A DNA stretch of 64,000 bases from a virus (lineage: Duplodnaviria; Caudoviricetes): the IMG/VR virus record IMGVR_UViG_3300044541_000063, positions 1 to 64,000 of that record; one strand, given 5' to 3'. A model generated the notes under the pieces. The model saw only the letters and a list, made by a program, of their open reading frames with translations, had not been told where the DNA came from and ran no database searches. A program made the translations under genes and the position numbers. The number at the start of each line of letters is the position of its first letter. Position 1 is the stretch's first letter. Shown in pieces: positions 35,586 to 44,310 of the stretch.

Positions 35586-35617
35586 TTAGTCGCGTCGGGC
35601 GCGCACCCGAAACGGCC

Positions 35618-35673
35618 AATCCCTGCGGCTGCTGCATTACAGCGAATGCTGGTGCAGCAGCCGTGGAGGGATT
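35618..35673 (+). promoter_or_regulatory. Long hairpin between antiterminator and terS
   Basis: AATCCCT/AGGGATT plus GCGGCTGCTGCA/TGCAGCAGCCGT plus CAGC-GAAT-GCTG. Confidence 0.5.
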
Positions 35674-35690
35674 CACAACAGGAACATCAA

Positions 35691-36107
35691 ATGCTTAGAG
35701 ATGAGCACTCTGGTCCACAGCCTTCCAAGCAGGTCACGCGGAACGGCGCTCCTCCGCCTGCTCCTAAGGGGAATCTGTATGCGGCCGGCAATAAGGGTGC
35801 TCACAAGGACTTTCTCACAAAGACTCTGATCTCGCAGCTGCACGAGGTGGTGAAGCGCGACGTGCCCCGCAAGGAGATCTACTTGTACAAGGGCAAGCCG
35901 AAGACGCGCTGGATCATCTCGAAGGAGTCTCACGAGCGCATTCACTTTCTCGTCGAGGCCCTGCTCGAGAACGCCATGAACGGCGAGACGGACGCCATAA
36001 AGTACGTGTTCGATCGCATCGAGGGGCGACCCATGTCCATAATGCCTGACGACGGCAGCGGGCAGGGAGTCACTATCAACTTCCTCCAGGTGGACCAACG
36101 CATATGA
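35691..36107 (+). CDS. terS: Terminase small subunit
   Basis: APKGN.YAAGN and AIKYVFDRIEGRP; position before terL. Confidence 0.75.
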   Translation: MLRDEHSGPQPSKQVTRNGAPPPAPKGNLYAAGNKGAHKDFLTKTLISQLHEVVKRDVPRKEIYLYKGKPKTRWIISKESHERIHFLVEALLENAMNGETDAIKYVFDRIEGRPMSIMPDDGSGQGVTINFLQVDQRI

Positions 36108-36397
36108 GCAGCACCGAGGGAACAGCGAACATGGGCAGAAGCCACGAGGAGGCGTCGCGCCGGCGCGCCATGCTGGCGGCTCCTATTCCAGAGCGCGTGG
36201 AGCGCATCGTCGAGCTCTGGCGCTACCTCGAGGGCACAAACATTCCTGAGCAGCAGGAGGAGGCGCATCGCGCCGAGATCGCTGTTCTCAGCGCCAGCGT
36301 GCTCGGCGAGGTGCTCTGTGCCGTGGTGCGCGGCGCCGACGCCCTCGAGGCCATCTCGATGAGCGTCGGGCGCACCAAGGAACCGGGCGGAGTCTGA
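36104..36397 (+). CDS. Hypothetical protein
   Basis: ATGA overlap. Confidence 0.55.
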   Translation: MSSTEGTANMGRSHEEASRRRAMLAAPIPERVERIVELWRYLEGTNIPEQQEEAHRAEIAVLSASVLGEVLCAVVRGADALEAISMSVGRTKEPGGV

Positions 36398-36400
36398 TGG

Positions 36401-37774
36401 GTGCTGGACTACGCGACAGTCGACGCGACAGCCGAGCAGGCGCAGGAGGCGGCGCGAGCAGCGCTGCCGGTGCAGCTGACAGAGAAACAGCTGGCGGCGC
36501 TGGACGTGATGGCCGGGCCGCAGACACACACGTGCGGCGTCGGTGGTTCTCGCTCTGGAAAGACGTTCCTGTTTACCCGCTCGATGATCATGCGTGGACT
36601 CCGGGCCGCCCACTCCCGTCACCTGTTCGTCAGGCACCACGCGAATGCGCTTCGGGCCTCGGTGTGGCTGGACACGTTCCCCAAGGTCATGAGACTGTGC
36701 TTCCCGGGAGTCAAGTGCATTCCGCACAGAATGGACGGCTTCGAGGAGTTGCCCAATGGGTCGCAGCTGTGGTTCGGTGGACTGGACGAGGGAGACCGCA
36801 CCGAGAAGATTCTGGGCCAGGAGTACGCGACGATCTACGCGGGCGAGTGCAGTCAGATCCCGTATGGTTCGATCGTAGTTCTCCGTACGCGCTTAGCGCA
36901 GCCGGACACTGGGCTGACCTTGAGAGGATTCTACGATCTAAATCCCACCTCCAAGAAACACTGGACCAATCTCGAGTTCGGCGAGAAGCTCGACCCGATC
37001 GCGCTCAAGCCACTGCCCAATCCAGAGGACTTCGAGCGGTTCTTCATTCAGCCGAAGGACAACGCGCGCAACCTGGACCCGAAGTACCTCAAGGGTCTCG
37101 AGAACCTGCCCGAGATGTACAAGATACGTTTCTGGAGGGGCGAGTACAGCGTCGACATCGAGGGAGCTCTGTGGACCAGTGACGTCATCGAACTCAATCG
37201 CATCGAGCCGATCGATCCACTCGCGAATCCAGGTGCGCTGGCGCAGTTTCAGCGCATCGAGATCGGCGTGGACCCGAGTGGCGCCATGTCGAAGTTCGAC
37301 ATGAAGTCCGACGCGATCGGCATCGTAGTCATGGGACGCACTCACGGCGTGCGCGGCAAGCGTAACGCAGTCGTGCTCGAGGACGGTACGCTGCGCGGTA
37401 GTCCAGAGGAGTGGGGCAAGCGCGTGGCCGCGCTGTACAAGAAGTGGAAGGCCGATCGCGTGGTGGCAGAGATCAACTTCGGCGGAGCCATGGTAGTGTC
37501 GACGATCAAGCTCGTCGAGCCGGCCATCAAGGTCGAGGTGGTCACTGCCTCGCGCGGCAAGGTGCAGCGTGCAGAACCCATCAGCGCACTGCAGGACCAG
37601 AACATGGTGAAGTACGCCGGCTACTTCCCGGAGCTGGAGTCGGAGCTCTGCAACTTCTCGAAGTTCGGCTATCAGGGCGACAGGTCGCCGGACAGGGCAG
37701 ACGCCAAGATCTGGGTCGCGTCGTCGCTCATGGTCGAGGAGACCAGCACCTACACGCTGATGCACGTGTCATGA
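36401..37774 (+). CDS. terL: Terminase large subunit
   Basis: Walker A GGSRSGKT, YAGECSQ, DLNP, nuclease GVDPS..DAIG..DRADA. Confidence 0.95.
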   Translation: MLDYATVDATAEQAQEAARAALPVQLTEKQLAALDVMAGPQTHTCGVGGSRSGKTFLFTRSMIMRGLRAAHSRHLFVRHHANALRASVWLDTFPKVMRLCFPGVKCIPHRMDGFEELPNGSQLWFGGLDEGDRTEKILGQEYATIYAGECSQIPYGSIVVLRTRLAQPDTGLTLRGFYDLNPTSKKHWTNLEFGEKLDPIALKPLPNPEDFERFFIQPKDNARNLDPKYLKGLENLPEMYKIRFWRGEYSVDIEGALWTSDVIELNRIEPIDPLANPGALAQFQRIEIGVDPSGAMSKFDMKSDAIGIVVMGRTHGVRGKRNAVVLEDGTLRGSPEEWGKRVAALYKKWKADRVVAEINFGGAMVVSTIKLVEPAIKVEVVTASRGKVQRAEPISALQDQNMVKYAGYFPELESELCNFSKFGYQGDRSPDRADAKIWVASSLMVEETSTYTLMHVS

Positions 37775-37947
37775 TGACGCTGTGCTACTTCATCGTCGGA
37801 GAGGTGGTCCTTCTCTGGGGGCTGTTTCACCCAGGAGTTCAGGTCGTGAGAGTAGTGTCGATGCACGCGGCCATCCTCGGTTCGGTGATGACTGTCATTC
37901 TGTGGCCAGTCGTCATCTTAGCCAAGCTCAGGGACAGGTTCAGATGA
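37771..37947 (+). CDS. Small membrane protein
   Basis: ATGA overlap; two hydrophobic segments. Confidence 0.5.
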   Translation: MMTLCYFIVGEVVLLWGLFHPGVQVVRVVSMHAAILGSVMTVILWPVVILAKLRDRFR

Positions 37948-38126
37948 CAGGTGGCGTGCAGACCTTCGTTCTCATAGTGGCGCTGAACAGCTACGGCTTC
38001 ACGGCCGGGCCGTACTTCAGCGAAGCCGAGTGCGAGGTTGCGCGCGGCGTGGTGGTGCGCGCACTCGACAAGCGGATGCAGTTCAACACGTTCTGTCTGC
38101 CGGGCGCAGTGGTGGAGAAGCAGTGA
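37944..38126 (+). CDS. Small hypothetical protein
   Basis: ATGA overlap; F.S.AECE.A...C.P pattern. Confidence 0.5.
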   Translation: MTGGVQTFVLIVALNSYGFTAGPYFSEAECEVARGVVVRALDKRMQFNTFCLPGAVVEKQ

Positions 38127-38247
38127 GTTCGCGCCGAACCAAGGCGGCGCGAATGGTGCGGCAGTGGCCTCAGCGTGATAGCCGCGCCGACTGGCCGCTC
38201 GCCTCGGGTTCCCGACGACCTAGGGGCGGGCGGCTCGTAACAGGAGT

Positions 38248-41200
38248 ATGTCTGTGAGCAACGTTCACCCGCTTCCGGGCCGCGTCGACAGTCCTATCCT
38301 GGACACGCTCGTCAACTTGCTGTCGGGTCTCGGCACGGCCAAGGACAAGAGCACGTCGACGCAGTTCACGCTGCAGATACTCGATCCTGGACAGCTGCTA
38401 GCCGCGTATCGCGGCGACTGGGTAGCGCGCAAGATCATCGACTGTCCAGCGCAGGACTCCACTCGCGAGTGGCGCTCGTGGCAGGCCGACAAGAAGGACA
38501 TCACCGAGATCGAGAAGACCGAGAAGGACCTCAAGCTCCAGTCGAAGGTCAAGGTCGCCATGCAGCGCGCCCGTCTGTGGGGCGGCGCGGCTCTCATCCT
38601 CGGCGTGGACCAGGGCTCGCATGACAAGGAGCTCAAGGTCGATCGCGTCAGGCAGGGTCAGCTGAAGTACGTTCACGTGGTGAACAAGCAGGACATTCAA
38701 GTAGACGGCGGCCTCGACCTCGACGTCACGTCCGAGTTCTACGGCGAGCCTGTGTCGTACACCGTCAACAGTCCGAAGACCGGCATAGTCAAGATCCATC
38801 CGTCGCGCGTCATCAGGTTCCTGGGCAACGAGATCCCCGACATAAACCTGTCGCAGGACGGATGGGGCGACAGCACGCTGCAGAGTATCTACGACGCGGT
38901 GATACAGGCCGGGCAGACCGCCGCCAACGTGGCCAGCCTAGTGAACGAGGCCAAGATCGACGTCGTTCAGATACCGGGCCTCATGCAGATGATGGGGACG
39001 CAGGAGTACCGCGCGAAGCTCATCGAGAGGTTCACGCTTGCGAACTCTATGAAGTCCCTCACCAACACTCTGATCCTCGACGGCGAGGAGGAGTGGAACA
39101 GGCTCAACGCGTCGTTCGCAGGTCTGCCAGACATCATCCGCATGTATCTGCTCATGGCCAGTGGTGCCGCTGACATTCCCGCCACGCGTCTACTCGGTCA
39201 GTCCTCTTCGGGCCTCAACGCCACTGGCCAAGAAGATACTCGCAACTACTACGACAGGCTGGCGAGTGAGCAGACCAACGACCTCACGCCTCGCCTGGAC
39301 AGGCTCGACGAGGTGCTGGTACGCAGCACCTTCGGCGACAAGCCCGAGGAGATGACGTACGACTGGAACTCGCTGTGGCAGCTGTCCAAGACCGAGGCCG
39401 CAGACGTGGCGGTGAAGAAGGCCACGGTGTACACGGCAGACGTCAACGCCGGGCTGCTCCCACCGGAGGTCATGCGCGAGGGTCGCGAGAACCAGCTCAT
39501 CGAGGATCAGGTGTATCCCGGCCTCGAGCAGGCCATCGACGAGTATGGCCAGCAGAACCTCGACGAGTACAATCAGGCCGTCGTCGCGCAGATGGGCGCG
39601 CGCGCCGCTCTCATGGCGCCGGACGATCCCAACGACCCGAACGGCGGCAAGAAGAAAGCAGCTGCGGCCAAAGCAGAGCTCACTCGCCGCAAGGCTCTAC
39701 CTCCGCCGCGTCCCCCGGCTGCGCGCTCGCAGGACTCGCGAGAGAGGGTTGTCTACACGTCCAATCCTAGAGGCGATGGTAGTGACTGGCTCTTCGCGTT
39801 CGACAAGGCCAACGCGGCCATCTGGAAGGACGGAGGTCCTTACCCAGAGCCGAGGTTCGCAGAGGACGAGACCACGCCTCGCAGCCTGTACGTGCGCCGC
39901 GACGTGCTCAACGGCGAGGAGATACTCGCGCACTTCGCAGAGCAGGGCGTCGACGTGAGCGGTGTCGAGCCGGAAGACCTTCACGTCACCGTGTTGTACT
40001 CCAGGCAGCCCGTCGACTGGATCAAGATGGGCGAGTCCAGCTACGGTCAGATCGGGCGCGGCGAGGACATGCCTGAGGGCTGCGACATGTGCGTGCGCGC
40101 CGGCGGACCGCGCGTGATGGAGGCGTACGGCGTTCCTCCCGACACGCTCGTCATGTGCTTCGCGTCGAGCGCGCTGTGCTGGCGTCACCAGGACATGGTC
40201 TATAAGGGCGCGAGCGAGGACTACGAGTTTAGTCCGCACCTGAGCATCGCTCCGTGGGACGGCACCGACCCGCGCACGTACGAGGCGTTTCAGGGAGAGA
40301 TCGAACTCGGCCCGGAGATCTTCGAGCCGTGCAAGTCGGGCGGCGCCGGGGGCGAGGCGTACGACTACGACCCCTCCGAGCCGCGCGCGCAGGCCGGTAC
40401 GGCGTTCGGCGGACAGTGGACACGCGAGGGTGCCGCGGCGGCGCGGCAGTCTCGAATCGACAAGACCCTGGCGACGCGGAGCGAGAGAGCTAAAGGCGAC
40501 GTTGGCGCGCGTCTCAAGCGCACGCGCGAGGCCGCAGTGGCCAAGTCCAAGCGCGTCACGGCAGCTGCCGTGCACAAGGCAGTCGCGTTCCTGAAGAACA
40601 ACGAGAGGCGCTCGAAGAGCATCGGCGCGCTGGCTGCGTCGCTGTCTGGCATGCTCGCAGGCGTCGACCACGTCACAGAGGCCATGATTCATCAGGCGGT
40701 GTCGGACTTCTCGTCTACGCTGGGCGTCACTGTCGCGGTGGGACGCACCAAGATGCGCGAGGCCCTCAACAAGGCCATCAAGATACGTCGCGGTCTCACG
40801 GGCGACGCGGAGGAGCCTGAGGCCGAGGACGAGGTTCTCCAGACGCTGCTCGCGCTGCTGAAGATGCTCGACGCCACTGCCGCAGACGCCCTCATCAAGG
40901 ACTGGCGCGGCACTGTCGGCGACTACAGTCCAGATCAGCCGCGCGTGCCGAGAGGCAGCGAGGGAGGCGGTCGCTTCGCGACCAGCGGCGGTGCGTACAC
41001 GGGCGTTCTCGAGAAGGCCGGCATGTTCGTGAGGTTCGTCAAGGCCAGGCGACTGGAGTCTGGTCGCGGCTACAACGCGTTCTACAAGAAGAACGACTTG
41101 AACCCGTCGGGCAATCCGCAGACCGTAGAGGTCGGTCAGCAGGTGCGCGGCGTGAAGGGCAAGTGGAACAAGAACACCGACCACGCCGGCGACTACGCGG

Positions 41201-41532
41201 CCGGCTCGGGCTGGCTGCTGCTGCAGGAGTTCTCGGAGATGGGTCGGTTCGCCGATCAGTTCTGGAGGGACGCCGCTCAGTTCATGACTCCCGGCGAGTA
41301 CGAGCGCGCCAAGCCGTACTTCAGCACGCGCACCAGGGCATTCGTAGAGGGCTTCCGCGCCACGTACTCTCCGAACGGCAAGGCGTTCGGCCTGAGCAGG
41401 GCGCGCACGTCCGAGGTGTTCGGCAGGGCCACGTCGAACATGTCGTCGGGCATCGACCAGATATTCGCGCCTCCCAAGCCGGGTCTCATCGAGCGCACCG
41501 GCGAGCGCATCGCCAAGTTCTTCGGAGTGTAG
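38248..41532 (+). CDS. Portal protein (DUF1073 family) fused to an Acb1-like 2H phosphoesterase and two further tagged cargo domains
   Basis: Y...WVARKIID.PAQD.TREW, IHPSRVIRF, GWGDS.LQ, SGLNATG..D..NYYD; HVT (39982) and HLS (40237) 2H motifs; PR tags at 40363 and 40921. Confidence 0.92.
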   Translation: MSVSNVHPLPGRVDSPILDTLVNLLSGLGTAKDKSTSTQFTLQILDPGQLLAAYRGDWVARKIIDCPAQDSTREWRSWQADKKDITEIEKTEKDLKLQSKVKVAMQRARLWGGAALILGVDQGSHDKELKVDRVRQGQLKYVHVVNKQDIQVDGGLDLDVTSEFYGEPVSYTVNSPKTGIVKIHPSRVIRFLGNEIPDINLSQDGWGDSTLQSIYDAVIQAGQTAANVASLVNEAKIDVVQIPGLMQMMGTQEYRAKLIERFTLANSMKSLTNTLILDGEEEWNRLNASFAGLPDIIRMYLLMASGAADIPATRLLGQSSSGLNATGQEDTRNYYDRLASEQTNDLTPRLDRLDEVLVRSTFGDKPEEMTYDWNSLWQLSKTEAADVAVKKATVYTADVNAGLLPPEVMREGRENQLIEDQVYPGLEQAIDEYGQQNLDEYNQAVVAQMGARAALMAPDDPNDPNGGKKKAAAAKAELTRRKALPPPRPPAARSQDSRERVVYTSNPRGDGSDWLFAFDKANAAIWKDGGPYPEPRFAEDETTPRSLYVRRDVLNGEEILAHFAEQGVDVSGVEPEDLHVTVLYSRQPVDWIKMGESSYGQIGRGEDMPEGCDMCVRAGGPRVMEAYGVPPDTLVMCFASSALCWRHQDMVYKGASEDYEFSPHLSIAPWDGTDPRTYEAFQGEIELGPEIFEPCKSGGAGGEAYDYDPSEPRAQAGTAFGGQWTREGAAAARQSRIDKTLATRSERAKGDVGARLKRTREAAVAKSKRVTAAAVHKAVAFLKNNERRSKSIGALAASLSGMLAGVDHVTEAMIHQAVSDFSSTLGVTVAVGRTKMREALNKAIKIRRGLTGDAEEPEAEDEVLQTLLALLKMLDATAADALIKDWRGTVGDYSPDQPRVPRGSEGGGRFATSGGAYTGVLEKAGMFVRFVKARRLESGRGYNAFYKKNDLNPSGNPQTVEVGQQVRGVKGKWNKNTDHAGDYAAGSGWLLLQEFSEMGRFADQFWRDAAQFMTPGEYERAKPYFSTRTRAFVEGFRATYSPNGKAFGLSRARTSEVFGRATSNMSSGIDQIFAPPKPGLIERTGERIAKFFGV

Positions 41533-41533
41533 C

Positions 41534-41875
41534 ATGCTGATGTATCGCGTGTCGCCTCTGTCAGACGGCAAGATGGGCGTGCAGCTCATAGACGGGGACT
41601 TCGTCACCGAGGTGGTCGGCGACGACGCCGAGGGGCTCAGGCCCGGCTACTACAACGACCACGGAGTGCTCATTCGCTCCCTGAGTGACGAACCAGTGGT
41701 GTTCGAGAAAGGTGGACAGCGTGCACACTCTCAGATGGAACCCGTCGATCATGCGGTGGATCGTGGAGTTCGTCGCGCAGGGCAGGCAGACGACTATCGG
41801 CTTCCTCGAAAAGGGGCAAGACGCCGTCGATCTGGTAAACTGTCTAAACGGCGGACAGCCGGCGGCGGTTACTGA
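41534..41875 (+). CDS. Hypothetical protein (3' part overlaps next gene)
   Basis: GGAG RBS. Confidence 0.45.
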   Translation: MLMYRVSPLSDGKMGVQLIDGDFVTEVVGDDAEGLRPGYYNDHGVLIRSLSDEPVVFEKGGQRAHSQMEPVDHAVDRGVRRAGQADDYRLPRKGARRRRSGKLSKRRTAGGGY

Positions 41876-41969
41876 GGATCCGCGCGGCGGCAAGCTCGGC
41901 GTGACGCCGGGCGTCAGCGACGCCGACCTGATGAAGCAGCTGGAGACCGAAGAGGCTGCTACGAAATAA
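41721..41969 (+). CDS. Hypothetical protein
   Basis: AAAGGTGG RBS before GTG. Confidence 0.5.
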   Translation: MHTLRWNPSIMRWIVEFVAQGRQTTIGFLEKGQDAVDLVNCLNGGQPAAVTEDPRGGKLGVTPGVSDADLMKQLETEEAATK

Positions 41970-42044
41970 CAGAGGGACTCCAGCGAGAGTCTCCGGTACG
42001 GAAGGGGCGAGGAAACTAATCCTCACAACATGGGAGTTAGGACA

Positions 42045-42809
42045 ATGCGATTTCTTCTTGCTATCGTTCTCGGCGCCTTCGGCACTGCCGCGTTCGCGGC
42101 CGACATGCCGCTCAAGGCGCCGCGCGCAGCACCAGTCGTCGTCGACGGCTGGCAGGGACTCTACGTCGGCATCCAGGGCGGCGAGAACCTCGGCTCGTAC
42201 AATCCGCTGTTCGGCGTCGGCGACGTGGCCACGAAGGTCAACCTCGACGACAACGCGCCGTTCGTCGGTGCTCACATCGGCTACCTGTTCGGCGACACCA
42301 TCTACTTCGGCCCAGAGCTCGGCGTTCAGTACTGGAACTTCAAGAAGAAAGGCGATCTGGTGGCCGGCACGCCAGAGATTCCTCCGAGCGAGGAGCTTCC
42401 GGCCATCGCCGCGACGCCGGCCGTGCAGCTGCAGCAGACCATCGACTGGATGGTCTACGCCAACGTTCGTGTCGGCGCCTCGCTGATCCCGAACACTCTG
42501 ATCTACGTCACGGGCGGCGCCGCGTGGGCGCACGTGCGCGGCGAGATTCTCAACGGCGGCACGCTGGGCGCGCTGTCGGCGTTCGACCAGGGCGTTCTCG
42601 GGTGGAACGTGGGTGCCGGCCTCGAGTTCAAGCTCGGACCTAACCTCGTGCTCGGCGCCGAGTATCGGCACATGGACTTCGGCAAGGTGTCGCCGGCTAA
42701 TCCAGCGCTGGCTCTCATCGGGCTGGCACCGGCCGCACTCACGGTCGATCAGGCCATGGGGCGTCTGTCGTGGCGCTTCGCTCCTGGCGGCGGCTACGCT
42801 CAGTACTGA
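42045..42809 (+). CDS. Omp25/RopB-like 8-stranded outer-membrane beta-barrel
   Basis: Signal peptide ending AFA-ADMPLKAP, WQGLYVG..GG, GWNVGAGLEF, AEYRH.DFG, C-terminal aromatic. Confidence 0.9.
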   Translation: MRFLLAIVLGAFGTAAFAADMPLKAPRAAPVVVDGWQGLYVGIQGGENLGSYNPLFGVGDVATKVNLDDNAPFVGAHIGYLFGDTIYFGPELGVQYWNFKKKGDLVAGTPEIPPSEELPAIAATPAVQLQQTIDWMVYANVRVGASLIPNTLIYVTGGAAWAHVRGEILNGGTLGALSAFDQGVLGWNVGAGLEFKLGPNLVLGAEYRHMDFGKVSPANPALALIGLAPAALTVDQAMGRLSWRFAPGGGYAQY

Positions 42810-42810
42810 C

Positions 42811-44310
42811 GTGCTACTGACTTCGCACCACCGCTGCGTCCGGCCGCGCCTTGGGGTCGCGGTCTCAGACGCGGCGCGCGCGCGAACCGACCCGACGGGC
42901 ACTGCTCCTATCGCCTCCCGATGGGACGCAGAGTTCGCCAGGAGGTTCGCGCGCGTCAAGCGCGTGCTGCACGAGGTGATCGTGACACGCGACACGCTCG
43001 GAATAAGCGACGATCTCAAGAAGAGGGTAGACGCATCAGTCGGGGGAGCGACCAGGGCGCAGCGCGCGGCGCGCGCCCTGGACCTCGTTCGCTCGGCGGT
43101 GCACTCCGAGATTCTGGGCTCCCCCGGCTACGCCGACTCGTGGCAGAACAAGTTCGTCGCGATGGCCGTGACCAAGGGCGTCACCGACGCGTACCGGCGC
43201 ATGAAGCAGGCCGGCATGGACGTGACCCTGGAGCTCACGGTGGACGTCGGCATAGGCCAGTCGGCGCAGCGGCGCGCGGACTTCATCGCTCAGCAGAGCT
43301 ACGATCTGCTCGAGGGCATCGACGCCGACATGGCGGCGCAGATGCAGGACATCATTCAGCAGGGTCTCCTGGACGGCAAGAGTCCGCAGCAGATAGCGCG
43401 CGAGCTTGACCAGGAGCTGGACATCGGTCGCACGCGCGCGCGCACCATAGCGCGCACCGAGACCATCGGCGCTCACGCCGACGCAACGCTCGACTCGTAC
43501 GAGGAGGGCGGCATCGAGGGCGTTCAGGCCGAGGTGGAGTTCGCCACGGCCGGTGACGACAACGTCTGTCCGCAGTGTCAAGCGCTGGAGGGCAGTACCT
43601 ACACCATCGAGGACGCGCGCGACGTCATTCCAGTGCACCCGAACTGTCGGTGCGCTTGGTTGCCGGTGATCGCCAGCACCGCGGACGCAGTCACCATAGA
43701 CTACGACCCGAGCGAGCCGCGCGTGCCGGCCGGCAGTGCCGAGGGCGGCGAGTGGACCAGCGAGGGCGGTGCTGGCAGCGCGCCGGGAGTCGAGGGCAGC
43801 GGCGGCGACGCGTCTAAGCAGAGAGCGCTCGACGTGGCCAAGGAGCTCAAGTTCTCTCCCAAGAAGATGGAGTTCTCCGACGAGAACAAAAAGTTCTCAG
43901 TGGCCGGCAAGCGCATGACGAAGGGCGGCGAGTACGACCCGGCTACCGGGAAGGTGACGTTCTTCTCGCACAACGTGAGTCCGGAGGACGCCGAGCTGAT
44001 AGCGGCGCACGAGATCACCCACTCGATGTATCACGACTACTTCGGCTCCGAGGGATACCAGGAGCCGCTGATACATCTGTTCGGCAGCTACGCCACGTTC
44101 GCCAGGGAGGGCGGCGTCGACGAGTACAGCAATCAGTGGTGGAAGGCTGTCGGCGAGGGAAGGGCCAGACCTGAGCAGGCCATAAACGAGACGCTCGCGT
44201 CCATGGCCTCCATTCAGTACACCACCGGGAAGGTGGTCGGCGGCCCCGAGCATCAGGCGCTGCTCAAGAGAATACAGCGCTATCGCGGCGTGAGCGGGAC
44301 CAAGAAGTGA
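42811..44310 (+). CDS. MuF/SPP1-gp7-like minor head protein with C-terminal HExxH zincin domain
   Basis: DPTGT, RARTIARTET..AH, VCPQC, IPVHPNCRCAW; tag DYDPSEPR at 43699; AHEITH at 44008. Start uncertain. Confidence 0.88.
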   Translation: MLLTSHHRCVRPRLGVAVSDAARARTDPTGTAPIASRWDAEFARRFARVKRVLHEVIVTRDTLGISDDLKKRVDASVGGATRAQRAARALDLVRSAVHSEILGSPGYADSWQNKFVAMAVTKGVTDAYRRMKQAGMDVTLELTVDVGIGQSAQRRADFIAQQSYDLLEGIDADMAAQMQDIIQQGLLDGKSPQQIARELDQELDIGRTRARTIARTETIGAHADATLDSYEEGGIEGVQAEVEFATAGDDNVCPQCQALEGSTYTIEDARDVIPVHPNCRCAWLPVIASTADAVTIDYDPSEPRVPAGSAEGGEWTSEGGAGSAPGVEGSGGDASKQRALDVAKELKFSPKKMEFSDENKKFSVAGKRMTKGGEYDPATGKVTFFSHNVSPEDAELIAAHEITHSMYHDYFGSEGYQEPLIHLFGSYATFAREGGVDEYSNQWWKAVGEGRARPEQAINETLASMASIQYTTGKVVGGPEHQALLKRIQRYRGVSGTKK

